A stretch of DNA of 59,012 bases. Source: Candidatus Daviesbacteria bacterium (GTDB lineage: Bacteria > Patescibacteriota > Microgenomatia > Daviesbacterales > UBA10151). The notes under the pieces were generated by a model. It did not search any database. It was not told where the DNA came from and saw nothing but the letters and a program-made list of their open reading frames with translations. Position numbers and translations under genes: made by a program. The DNA is taken from NCBI GenBank assembly GCA_016195715.1, contig JACPZA010000032.1, forward strand, positions 1 through 59,012, written 5' to 3'. Shown one piece after another: positions 17,641 to 27,524 of this stretch; position 1 is the stretch's first letter; each line of letters opens with the position of its first letter.

Positions 17641-20600
17641 TAGCTTGGGGTTGTCACTGTAATTGAGTTAGATTGGCCAGATTTAAGATTACACTTAACT
17701 GATTTAGCTATATAATCATATTTGGTGCTAGGAGCTACGGAAGTATCAGTAAAACTAGTGACATTAGCTCCTAGAGTTCCAGAAACAGGAAAGTATGGAT
17801 CTGATGGGTTAGTGGAATGTGGTCTTCTATTAACTATATAACCTGTTTCATCTGTTGCGTTATCAGTCCAGGATAAAGCCACAGAAGTTCTTTTAACTGT
17901 ACCAGCAGCTAAATTAGTTGGAGTAATTGGAGATGTTGGAGCAGAAACAGTGTTGGTAGAAGCTGAGTTGCCAACTCCATTGGTAGCAATTACTTGATAA
18001 TCATAAGTATTAGTATCATTGATGCTGTTATCTGTATAAGTGGTAATGTTAGCACCTAAGGTAGTAATAGTAGCAAATGAACCAACTACAGAAACCTGGC
18101 GTTGGACTAAAAAGTTATCTTCATTATTGGAATTATCTGTCCAAGATAAAATTACTTTATTTGCGCCGTTACCATTACAAGTTAGAGATGATCCAGCTGT
18201 TAAATTTGAGGGTGCATTAGGAATAGTAGGAATTGGGGTAGGGGTTGGGGTAGGGGCAAAAGCAATTGAATCATTGGAGTGGATATCACCGCTAGTTTGA
18301 ATAAAGGACTTGGTACAAGTAGCTTCAATATTAAAATATTTTGGTACAGAAACAGCTTGAGTTCCAGTAGCTGGATCAGTAGCGGTAGCTGTAACTTTAT
18401 AGACATCATTAGGTGGAGTGGGGTTGGGAGAGGGGAAAGCAGTATAGGCAAAATTACCAGTATAAGTAGGTGGAGTGGCAATCGTACTTAAATCAGTATT
18501 AGCTAAACCACAAGCTTTATCAAATTGGTTAAACTGTGAATCAAAACAGCTACCATTATTATTTGGATTTTGTTGCATTTCATAAGTAACTGTAGTACCT
18601 GATGGGGCAGGGTTAACAGTTATGATTATTTTTCCTGGCCAACTGTCTGGGCTACTTCCAGCTGGAGTCCTGGTGTAACACTGGCTAAATTGCGCATTGC
18701 CAATATCAACAATTGGTGTACCAATTGTTGAACCAGGATCATATTCCAGGTCATAACCTGAATCTACATTACGGTCATTTTTAGCTGCGCATTGTACACC
18801 TGGATTGCAATTTCCACCAATTGCATTGTTATTACAGGTGACTTGATCACCTACTACACCTTTACAGTTATAGCCAGCGATTTGCCATAAATATTGGGTT
18901 TGGTTTGGGGGTGAACTAATATTACTCCCATTAACTGCTCCATCAACTGGTGCACCAGGATTTAAAGTCAATCCAGAAAGTGCTGGACCTTTGACACAAA
19001 ATGAACCTTTATAAGGAACTTGAGTGACAAAATGACCATTAATATCAACTGGGGCTGGAGACCTGGTTGGAGTAAGTGAACAATCTGTAATAACACCACT
19101 TGAACCAAACCCAACTGGAGTAGAAGAAGTAGTATTATATAAACTTCCAGAAACACAAGCTTTTAGGTTATTAATTGTACTTGATGCTGATCTTAAAACA
19201 CTGGTTCCCTTTTTAGCTGTAACTGTATAGCTATAGTCATTCCCAGCTGTTAGTGGAGTATCAGCATAGCTTGTACCATTGCTGTTGTTGACTAAAGTTG
19301 AGCCTCTTAACACATCATAATTATTAGCTCCAGCATAAGAAGACCAAGAAACAGTAATAGTTGGTTTAGCTGGAAAAGCAGTTCCGCATCCATCCACTAC
19401 ACTTACACACATGGGCACTGGATTAAGCTGAGGGGAAGTAGAGCTGGCTGGATAAGGGTAACCAAATTCATCATAAGTAATGATGATTTTTCTCTGAGCG
19501 TCAAGTGCGTCAACTTTGTAACTAATTACGTTTCCTGATGAAATAGCTGGAGCACCATTTGGCCAAGGAGGTTGGTCAGTAAAAGTAGTATTGGGTGTTA
19601 TACTAACGACGTAGGAGGGTCCACCGGAAGTTATTCGAGTTACTTTATAACTAACTGCACCAAAATAGGGTGACCAGCTAGTCTTTAATGTAGGTTGAAC
19701 TATTGGAGTGGTTTGACAAGTATTAGTTGGAGTACTCACACACATGGGAACAACATTAGAGATTGAATAACCAAAGTCGTGAGCTGCACCTCCATATTCA
19801 GGATAACCAATGACTTTATATTTATATTCCTTACCAGCAGTTACAGTCATATCTTGATATGGTTGAGGAGAATAGGGTAGACCAGTAGCAATGGTATCTG
19901 GGATAGTTTGCCCATCTGTAACATTTAAACGTTGAACTGTATACCCACTATTATCATTACTATGACTTGCAGATGACCAGTTGACGTTCATTAACGCAGT
20001 AGATCCGTTACATCCAGGAGCAATTGTCACTTCACAAGGCGCTTGGCTAGTACAGTTGATGACAATATCATTTTTTAGAGTAAAAGTTGCAGAATCAGTA
20101 TTTGGTCCGGCTACTATAGTTCCGCTTGGATCAGTAACCCTCTCCTGGACGTGCCAAGTGTAAACTCCGTTAATAGTTGGAGTAGCTGGAGCCCAGGCTG
20201 GCAGATCAGTATTAAATTGGTTAACTTTATTCCAGCCAGAGTTGCGCAAAGCATAGACTACTCCTTGGGCATCAGAATTGCCCTGAAGATCATATAAATA
20301 TTGAAAATTATAGTAACTATTAGATGGAGGGGGATTATTATCTTTTCCTAAAAGATCAAATGTATTGGCAGTGGCACATCTTGTTATTCCTGAATCTGGG
20401 TTACCATTAATTGTATAGTAAGCATTGCCATTTCCATCTCTGGTGGTTAGTGTTGCATTATTTTTAGGGGGGCAATTAATTGTTGGGGTGATTAAGGATG
20501 GAGGAGGTGGTACAACAGTAAATCCACCACCAAGAGTACTATTCCCTATAGTCCCTCTATCACTGCAATTATTCCCATTTCCCCGATCACCTTCAGTCCA

Positions 20601-21098
20601 GAGCCAATTAGGGCTGGAAAAAGTGCCACTTGTAGATAGGTTTATCGTATAGTCCATCTCACCATCAATTCCAGGTAAACCTTGAGACGATGGAGGAGAC
20701 CCTAAAGAAAAAGACACAGGATCATGGCTGACATTTGTAAAATCAGTAATGCTGATTTGGTTATAGCTGCCTGGTAACCCATTGAACATAGTAAGTTGAT
20801 GATGGCAACTGTCAACACTATCAGGCCAGTCATGAAACCAAACACACATATGGACTGATGCCCCGACTATTGATGAAAGGATAGCGCTAGCATCTATCTG
20901 ATCCTTGTTTACGATATAAGCGCCATTATCATTCCAATCAACTTGAATACAAGTAGAGTTGCTTATCCAGGTATAATAACCCCTATTTGCCGAAACTGGT
21001 TTCACAATATTTAATGTTTTAGAAAGAGGGTTAATTGGTGTTAAAAAGCTTAACAATATTATTAATGATAGCAGGGCTACTAAAATTTTAGAGATCAT
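17640..21098 (-). CDS. Giant secreted Cys/Ser/Thr-rich surface protein with fibronectin type III repeats
   Basis: Signal peptide; APSNL..LSWTDNS.NE..F..QR..Y.D..Y.YQV FN3 pattern twice at the C-terminus plus internal FN3-like units. Confidence 0.8.
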   Translation of the reverse strand: MISKILVALLSLIILLSFLTPINPLSKTLNIVKPVSANRGYYTWISNSTCIQVDWNDNGAYIVNKDQIDASAILSSIVGASVHMCVWFHDWPDSVDSCHHQLTMFNGLPGSYNQISITDFTNVSHDPVSFSLGSPPSSQGLPGIDGEMDYTINLSTSGTFSSPNWLWTEGDRGNGNNCSDRGTIGNSTLGGGFTVVPPPPSLITPTINCPPKNNATLTTRDGNGNAYYTINGNPDSGITRCATANTFDLLGKDNNPPPSNSYYNFQYLYDLQGNSDAQGVVYALRNSGWNKVNQFNTDLPAWAPATPTINGVYTWHVQERVTDPSGTIVAGPNTDSATFTLKNDIVINCTSQAPCEVTIAPGCNGSTALMNVNWSSASHSNDNSGYTVQRLNVTDGQTIPDTIATGLPYSPQPYQDMTVTAGKEYKYKVIGYPEYGGAAHDFGYSISNVVPMCVSTPTNTCQTTPIVQPTLKTSWSPYFGAVSYKVTRITSGGPSYVVSITPNTTFTDQPPWPNGAPAISSGNVISYKVDALDAQRKIIITYDEFGYPYPASSTSPQLNPVPMCVSVVDGCGTAFPAKPTITVSWSSYAGANNYDVLRGSTLVNNSNGTSYADTPLTAGNDYSYTVTAKKGTSVLRSASSTINNLKACVSGSLYNTTSSTPVGFGSSGVITDCSLTPTRSPAPVDINGHFVTQVPYKGSFCVKGPALSGLTLNPGAPVDGAVNGSNISSPPNQTQYLWQIAGYNCKGVVGDQVTCNNNAIGGNCNPGVQCAAKNDRNVDSGYDLEYDPGSTIGTPIVDIGNAQFSQCYTRTPAGSSPDSWPGKIIITVNPAPSGTTVTYEMQQNPNNNGSCFDSQFNQFDKACGLANTDLSTIATPPTYTGNFAYTAFPSPNPTPPNDVYKVTATATDPATGTQAVSVPKYFNIEATCTKSFIQTSGDIHSNDSIAFAPTPTPTPIPTIPNAPSNLTAGSSLTCNGNGANKVILSWTDNSNNEDNFLVQRQVSVVGSFATITTLGANITTYTDNSINDTNTYDYQVIATNGVGNSASTNTVSAPTSPITPTNLAAGTVKRTSVALSWTDNATDETGYIVNRRPHSTNPSDPYFPVSGTLGANVTSFTDTSVAPSTKYDYIAKSVKCNLKSGQSNSITVTTPS

Positions 21099-21180
21099 TA
21101 AAGTTTAGGTAAATAGGTGCTCCAGTATAAGCACCTTACTTAAAGATAGAATAATCATTATTTAAAATCAAGTTTTAGTG

Positions 21181-21657
21181 CTATTTTTTAGAAGTAGCAG
21201 AAGATGAAGCTGGGTTTAAATAAGTTATGGTAATAATTTTATATTGACCGTCTTCAACTTTTAGGTTCACTGCTGCAATTTTATTTAAAACAATATCTTT
21301 AACCTCATAAGAAGCTTTTAAGATATTTTTATTTTGAGCATCTTGGTTATAAACAGTAAAGTTTTTCGATAAAGGAAATGAACCTATTTGATTTTTATCA
21401 TCTTGAATAGAAACTGAGGAATTATTAACAGCAGTTATTTTTCCTTGGGCTAGGGCTGTTTGAATTTTAAATAATGGACTTACTTTAACCATTCCTTCTC
21501 CAGCTGGACCTGACTTAAAAATAGTAGGGGAATTAGTACTGCCAGTATATCTACCCAGAAAAAAGCCTATTCCAGCAGAAACTAAAATTAATACTACAAT
21601 AAATGCAATATAAGGCCAGTAAAAACCTAAATCAGAGCTATTTTTAGAATGGGACAT
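21181..21657 (-). CDS. Single-TM hypothetical protein
   Basis: N-terminal TM; TTGACA-17-CAGAAT upstream. Confidence 0.7.
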   Translation of the reverse strand: MSHSKNSSDLGFYWPYIAFIVVLILVSAGIGFFLGRYTGSTNSPTIFKSGPAGEGMVKVSPLFKIQTALAQGKITAVNNSSVSIQDDKNQIGSFPLSKNFTVYNQDAQNKNILKASYEVKDIVLNKIAAVNLKVEDGQYKIITITYLNPASSSATSKK

Positions 21658-21718
21658 TAATTCTATTCTGTCTTAGAATGAACTGATTGTCAAGAATTAG
21701 AGAAGAAAATAATAAAGC

Positions 21719-22894
21719 TTATTTAGTTCTTTTAAATGCAACTGAGTGTCCGCTTGTTGAATAATTGTCTGGAATTATTACGCCAATGCTTCCATCTGGG
21801 TTTGTAATATTCATATCAGTATAAGAGAGGGTAGCGGCTGCTTGTTGTGCAGAATACTGCTTGCCGTTTTTAGATAAGTCGCTAACTTCCTCAACTGTAT
21901 TACTAGTAAATTTAGCTAAGAAGCCATGTTGCCCGTTAACTTCTGGAACCTCAACACAAGCTTTAATTGAGTTACCTGTCTGGTCTGATAAATGCTCAGT
22001 ATCAGAATTTCCATTAACATCTATTGCAATATCTCCTCCATGAGATAATGTAATATCAACATTACCACCAGTACTATTATTATAAGTATGAATGAATTTT
22101 GAACCTGTCATTTTAGAAGTTTGAACAAAAGCTTTAGTTTCAACCACTGGAGTTCCACTAGTTAATGAATTAACTAATTGTTCAGGAGTTATTCTAGGAG
22201 TGTAAGTATTAAAAAATCCTGCTTGAACTTCGCCGCCTTTATCCCCTTTAACATCTAGCCATTGACTAAAAAAAGCTCCAATTGTGCTTGAAGTATCAAA
22301 ATTTATAGGTTCCCATTTTCCACTTACTTCATGAGCTGATTTTCCGCCATCGTCATTAACACAAGCTTTAAATGGTTCTCTGCTATGTCCGCCAGCAACA
22401 GCAGCTGCTGCAGGAGCTCCATATGTAGCTATTAAATGATTAGCAATTTCTCTGCCATTATGTCCATTTTGTCTTGCTTGTTTTACTCTATTTGTAAGTT
22501 TTGGATGTCCGGTAAGATTTGCTTTAACTTCTTTTTGTTTGTCATTCAATGAAGAATCATGAGATTTGTGTCCAGCTGTTTCAGCATGAGCAATACTTCT
22601 AGAGATTACATCATCTACTCCCGCTGCAGCTAAAAGAGTTAAACCTGCGGCAGCAACTTGTGGCATTCTAAATCTACTTAAAGCTCTTGCAGCTGTATCT
22701 ATAAAGTTTGATTTTAAAGTATCTTGGGAAGATGGTAGTAGTTTATTAGCTTCTATAATTGCTAATCTTTCTTTTGTAAAGGTTGTTGAAATTTGACTCC
22801 AATGACTTCTGTGATAATCTTCAGGAGATCTTCTATATTGATCTAAATATATTACTGGTGGATTAGTTATTTCTGCTCTTCCTGGTTGTGCCAT
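21719..22894 (-). CDS. Exported protein with a divergent glutamic peptidase G1-like C-terminal domain (start probably MAQPG at 22894)
   Basis: Ordered motifs VSGKW-P, SQWLDVKG, VQAG, CVEVP and LAKF resemble G1 peptidases; TTGACA-17-TAGAAT upstream. Confidence 0.45.
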   Translation of the reverse strand: MAQPGRAEITNPPVIYLDQYRRSPEDYHRSHWSQISTTFTKERLAIIEANKLLPSSQDTLKSNFIDTAARALSRFRMPQVAAAGLTLLAAAGVDDVISRSIAHAETAGHKSHDSSLNDKQKEVKANLTGHPKLTNRVKQARQNGHNGREIANHLIATYGAPAAAAVAGGHSREPFKACVNDDGGKSAHEVSGKWEPINFDTSSTIGAFFSQWLDVKGDKGGEVQAGFFNTYTPRITPEQLVNSLTSGTPVVETKAFVQTSKMTGSKFIHTYNNSTGGNVDITLSHGGDIAIDVNGNSDTEHLSDQTGNSIKACVEVPEVNGQHGFLAKFTSNTVEEVSDLSKNGKQYSAQQAAATLSYTDMNITNPDGSIGVIIPDNYSTSGHSVAFKRTK

Positions 22895-23059
22895 AAAATT
22901 TAAATGTAGAAAAATTCTACCCGATAGTCCAAACTTTGTCAAGTGGGCAATTTAGCTTCAATTTTTGAAAACAAGCATTAATTTCTTACAAATAAGTCTC
23001 ATAGAAAAAACTATCTACAGTTGAGTTATCAATAAATATATGGTTATAATATAAAGATT

Positions 23060-23605
23060 ATGAGTCTTAAATTAAATGCCAAGCAACTTAGAAAAGGGGA
23101 ATTTAAAGTTCAAAGCAAAAATTTAAAAATTAAAAAAAATGATATCTATATTATACTAGATAACGTCTTAGATACCTATAATATCGGATCTATTTTTAGA
23201 TTGTCTGATGCACTAGCTTGTAGATTGATATATTTATGTGGTGACACTGAAACTCCACCAAATCACAGAATTAAAAAAGCTTCTATTAATACCACTGAGT
23301 GGGTTGAGTGGAAATATGCCCCCGATGCAGTCGGGGTAATTAAAAATTTAAAATTTAAAATTAAAAATTTACAAGTTGTGGCGATAGAACAAACTAAAAA
23401 TTCAATACCCTTTGATAAATTTAACTATAAATTACCCATAGCTTTAGTGGTGGGTAATGAAACCACTGGAGTTTCTAAAGAGGCGCTAGAGCTAGTTGAT
23501 GAAGTAGTTGAGTTGCCAATGTATGGAGTAAATATATCTTTAAATGTAATGATTAGTTTAGGAATTGTATTATATAAAGTAATTGAAACTACTGAGCTTT
23601 CCTAA
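23060..23605 (+). CDS. SpoU/TrmH-family RNA methyltransferase
   Basis: ILDNV..YNIGSIFR, LVVGNE..GVS and LPMYG..SLNV motifs. Confidence 0.9.
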   Translation: MSLKLNAKQLRKGEFKVQSKNLKIKKNDIYIILDNVLDTYNIGSIFRLSDALACRLIYLCGDTETPPNHRIKKASINTTEWVEWKYAPDAVGVIKNLKFKIKNLQVVAIEQTKNSIPFDKFNYKLPIALVVGNETTGVSKEALELVDEVVELPMYGVNISLNVMISLGIVLYKVIETTELS

Positions 23606-25247
23606 CTAAGTAAAGTACAAATTCAACTTGAGATGGATTAGTGTGGGATTTAATTAAAATTGGGATATTTAAGTGGCTAGAAATAGTTTTTGCTATAAAC
23701 CCTTCTAAACCACTACCAAAGTTTAAGTTACTACTTTCAAAACTTTGTCCATAATATTCAGATAATAATAAATCTTGATCGTGTTGACTCTGAATGAGTG
23801 GGTAAGATGCGCTGATTGTTAAATTAATTAATAAATTGTTAGTGTGAGATAAATAAATTCTTGAGTAGGGATTTTTTTGATTTGAAGCAAGTAGTAAACA
23901 AATATCTAATAATTTATCAACCATTAAGCTAAACCATTTAACACTTAGGGGTACCAAAAAATCTGAGCTTGGTAAAAAGTTGTTGTTAGATAAAGTAGTT
24001 GGTTTTAAAGCCAGCAGCGATTTTTCTCTGGTTTCTTTTTCTGGCAGAAGTAACTTTAAATCCACCCCCAGGCTTTGAGCAAGCTTCAGTTTTTGGTTTT
24101 TTAAATCTCTTAACAAAGCTGCTACATCTATTAAAGTGATTTTTTCATCCATAGAGTGATCCTCAAGTTCTATGGCATTAAGCAGATCTTGTTCATTTTT
24201 CTCAAGCAGCAGGCCGATTATATTAGTGGTATGGGAAGAAGAGACGTTGCTAGTCAGTATTTTTTGCAGTGCTTGAAATCTTAAACTCTGTCTTTTTTTG
24301 GCTTCTTCAATATTCAAATGAGTTGAAAGGTCACCAATCCGATTACCCTCAGTGATGACAAAAGATAGCTGATCAACTTTTGCCTCAGCATCTTTAATAG
24401 GTCTAATTTGAACTGTAATATTAAAGGGAATTACTCGAGCCGGAGTATAGAGCAAAAAACCGCTGACAATTCTAGTATTGCCTTCGACTAAAACTTTATC
24501 GACAGACAAAGATTGTAAACTAGCATCTTTGCCAAAATTATCTTTAATTTTAACTATATCTAACATATTTTTATTAGCTACTTCTGCATCATTTAGATTA
24601 AACATCCTTTTAACTGCCTCGTTAACAGAGATAATTTGCAAGTTAGTATCTGTGACTATAACTAATTCATTTAAACTTTCTAATATTGATTCACCAACCT
24701 TAACTTGTTTAGAAAGGATTGAAGACAGCTGCTCTTTTAAGTGATATTTACTAGCAAGCAAGTTGGCTAGGGGAATAATTACCACCATTGATGCAAAATA
24801 GAGCAAAACTGTCCCTGGATCATCTTTAATTAATCTTAGTTGGTCAGGGTTAATCCAAAGATTAGTTATGAGTATTAGCAAAGAAAAAGTTAAAAAAGAG
24901 ACTGAGGATTTTAAACTAACTAAAAAACTTGTACCCAGTGTAAATAAATGCAACAAAATCAAAAATGGGCTGTAGATTCCACCAGTTGAAAAAACTAATA
25001 ATTGAACAATCAGTGCACTAATAAAAAGAATCAGGTAATTTAGAATAGAGGATAGTTGATTTTTTGAGCTAATTTTTGCAGATCCAGAAAGGATCCGACT
25101 GAATCCAATCAACAAAGCAATCATCAAAACTACAATAATTTGCTGATATGTAGTAACTGAGATTTTGAAATAAAGTAAAGATAGGGTTATTAAAGCTGCT
25201 AGAGATAATACAAATGGTTCAACTAAAGTTTTAAAAAACTTGGGCAT
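23589..25247 (-). CDS. Multi-TM PAS sensor with degenerate histidine-kinase domains (start probably MPKFF at 25247)
   Basis: About 6 TM segments; PAS motif ILESLNELVIVTDTNLQIISVNEA; HATPase remnants LLDIC and GSGLEGFIAK. Confidence 0.7.
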   Translation of the reverse strand: MPKFFKTLVEPFVLSLAALITLSLLYFKISVTTYQQIIVVLMIALLIGFSRILSGSAKISSKNQLSSILNYLILFISALIVQLLVFSTGGIYSPFLILLHLFTLGTSFLVSLKSSVSFLTFSLLILITNLWINPDQLRLIKDDPGTVLLYFASMVVIIPLANLLASKYHLKEQLSSILSKQVKVGESILESLNELVIVTDTNLQIISVNEAVKRMFNLNDAEVANKNMLDIVKIKDNFGKDASLQSLSVDKVLVEGNTRIVSGFLLYTPARVIPFNITVQIRPIKDAEAKVDQLSFVITEGNRIGDLSTHLNIEEAKKRQSLRFQALQKILTSNVSSSHTTNIIGLLLEKNEQDLLNAIELEDHSMDEKITLIDVAALLRDLKNQKLKLAQSLGVDLKLLLPEKETREKSLLALKPTTLSNNNFLPSSDFLVPLSVKWFSLMVDKLLDICLLLASNQKNPYSRIYLSHTNNLLINLTISASYPLIQSQHDQDLLLSEYYGQSFESSNLNFGSGLEGFIAKTISSHLNIPILIKSHTNPSQVEFVLYLVRKAQ

Positions 25248-25678
25248 ATCTTTATTGTATAGCTTAAGTTTTAAATAGCCAACTCTTATGGATGGTTGAC
25301 TTATAGATTCTAATAGTTTAAAATCTTTTTTGTTCCAAAATTTGGAGCAGACTGGAGCAAGTTCCAACTCAAGAAAGAATACTACTCATTCAGTTTAGAC
25401 CAGATAGGGTCTCTTCGAATTAATCGGAGTCATAGTTCTTTAACAACCGAAATAGTTTCCACTTTTTCGGTTTTTTTGTGCCCGAAGAAGTGGTGGGAAA
25501 TTTTTGATAAGTAAGTCAACTTGTCAATTCCGAGCAAGCTACAATCGTAACACTTTAAATAAGTGCTGCGAGGAAGAGCTTTGCTCATTCCAAAAAACAA
25601 CAATGAATTCTGTATTTTTTTAAATGCAGTGTTTTTCTGTTTCAGGAAATTTAAAAAGAAATCTTTTGATTTCTTTCT

Positions 25679-25721
<43 letters not shown>

Positions 25722-26688
25722 TAAGCATGCAAGTCGAATGGTCGCAAGACAATGGCGGACGGGTGAGTAACGCGTGGGAATCTACCTTGAAGTGGGGTAT
25801 AGCTTGCCGAAAGGCGAGGTAATACCGCATATGATCGTAAGATCAAAGTCGCAAGACGCTTTAAGATGAGCCTGCGTCCTATCAGCTAGTTGGTGGGGTA
25901 ATGGCCTACCAAGGCAACGACGGGTAGCTGGTCTGAGAGGATGGTCAGCCACAATGGAACTGAGACACGGTCCATACATCTACGGATGGCAGCAACTGGG
26001 AATATTGCGCAATGGGCGAAAGCCTGACGCAGCGACGCCGCGTGGAGGATTGAAGGCCCTCGGGTTGTAAACTCCTTTTATGTGGGAAGATTATGACGGT
26101 ACCACAAGAATAAGCACCTGCTAACTACGTGCCAGAAGCCTCGGTAATACGTAGGGTGCAAGCGTTATCCGGATTCATTGGGCGTAAAGAGTTGCGTAGG
26201 CTGTCCGATGCATTTTGTTTGAAAAGCTATAGCTTAACTATAGTTTCGGGCAAAATATGATCGGACTAGAAGGATTAAGAGGGTATTGGAACCGATTATG
26301 TAGCAGTGAAATGCGTTGATATGATCGGGAACACCAAAGGCGTAGGCAGATACCTGGTAATCCCTTGACGCTGAGGCACGAAAGCTTGGGGAGCGAAGCA
26401 GATTAGAGACCTGCGTAGTCCAAGCTGTAAACTATCTTCGCTAGATACCCGAAATTTTTTGGGTGTCGTAAGCTAACGCGTTAAGCGAAGCGCCTGGGGA
26501 GTACGATCGCAAGATTAAAACTCAAAGGAATTGACGGGGAGGCGCACAAGCAGTGGAGCGTGTGGTTTAATTCGAAACAAAGCGAAAAACCTCACCAGGG
26601 TTTGACATGCAAATGCTAATCCCATGAAAGTGGGACTCCTTCGAGGGTTTTGCACAGATGCTGCATGGCTGTCGTCAGCTCGTGGCGT

Positions 26689-27524
26689 GGGATCTGAAAT
26701 AAGATCAATCGCGCCCACCTACAGTAATGTAGGATGGAAAATTTGGCTCATATCGGTGAAGCAATTGACTTTCGGGTTATCTTAGGATAATCTAAAATCA
26801 TGTAATACCGAGGGAAGTCAGGAGTATGATATTTACAGCTCGTAAAAACCTAAAACTTGAAGTTTCTAATCGTCAAATAGAAATTCTTGTTGGTTGTTTG
26901 CTCGGTGATGCCTATCTAACTAAGTTAGGTAAAATTCAAATTGAGCAATCAGCGAAACAAAAAGAGTATATAGATTGGAAATATCAAGAACTTGCCTCTA
27001 TTAGCTATTCCCAACCTAAAATAGTTATCCGTTTTGAAAAAAACGAAAGTCGAGAAACTAAGTCATTAAGATTTTGGACTCGTCAATATTTTAGAAAATG
27101 GAGAAATAGTTTTTATCAAGGAAATCGCAAAGTTTTCCCAAAAGATTTGATTGAATGGATAACTCCTTTGGCCGTTGCCGTTTGGTATATGGATGATGGT
27201 TGTTATCAGAAATTTGATTGTACTTTATCTACAGAGTCATTTGATTTTGAAAGTAGGGAACAATTGATCAATAAATTTCAGTCTTTTGGAGTAGAGGCGA
27301 TTCCTAGAGGAAAAGGTAAGTTAAGGATTAAATCTAAAAGTTTAATCAAGTTTTTTGAGCTAATTAATCCTTATATGCATTCGAGTATGAGGTATAAACT
27401 TCCTTGACCCCGTAACGACTAATATGTGAGGTACTAGATAATCTAGAAGTAAACTTACATTATACGCCGAACATCCTTTATTAGGATGAAGGGATAGTCT
27501 AAATGTTGTCGTAAGACAATTTTG
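26689..27524 (+). mobile_element. 836-nt group I intron after the E. coli U1078 equivalent
   Basis: Exons rejoin as GCTCGTGGCGT|GAGCTGTACCGTTAAGTC. The 5' exon ends in U pairing with IGS GCGCC (26711-26715) through U.G. P7 is GACTA (about 27416) with TAGTC (about 27495); terminal G at 27524. Confidence 0.9.
26826..27407 (+). CDS. Intron-encoded LAGLIDADG homing endonuclease (LAGLIDADG_2 type)
   Basis: ILVGCLLGDA and LAVWYMDDG motifs; lies between the intron Q-like and R elements. Confidence 0.9.
   Translation: MIFTARKNLKLEVSNRQIEILVGCLLGDAYLTKLGKIQIEQSAKQKEYIDWKYQELASISYSQPKIVIRFEKNESRETKSLRFWTRQYFRKWRNSFYQGNRKVFPKDLIEWITPLAVAVWYMDDGCYQKFDCTLSTESFDFESREQLINKFQSFGVEAIPRGKGKLRIKSKSLIKFFELINPYMHSSMRYKLP

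Noticed and set aside
488-24744. Numerous 60-110 aa ORFs nested antisense or out of frame in long genes
   Set aside because: No motifs or independent signals; expected by chance opposite long CDSs.
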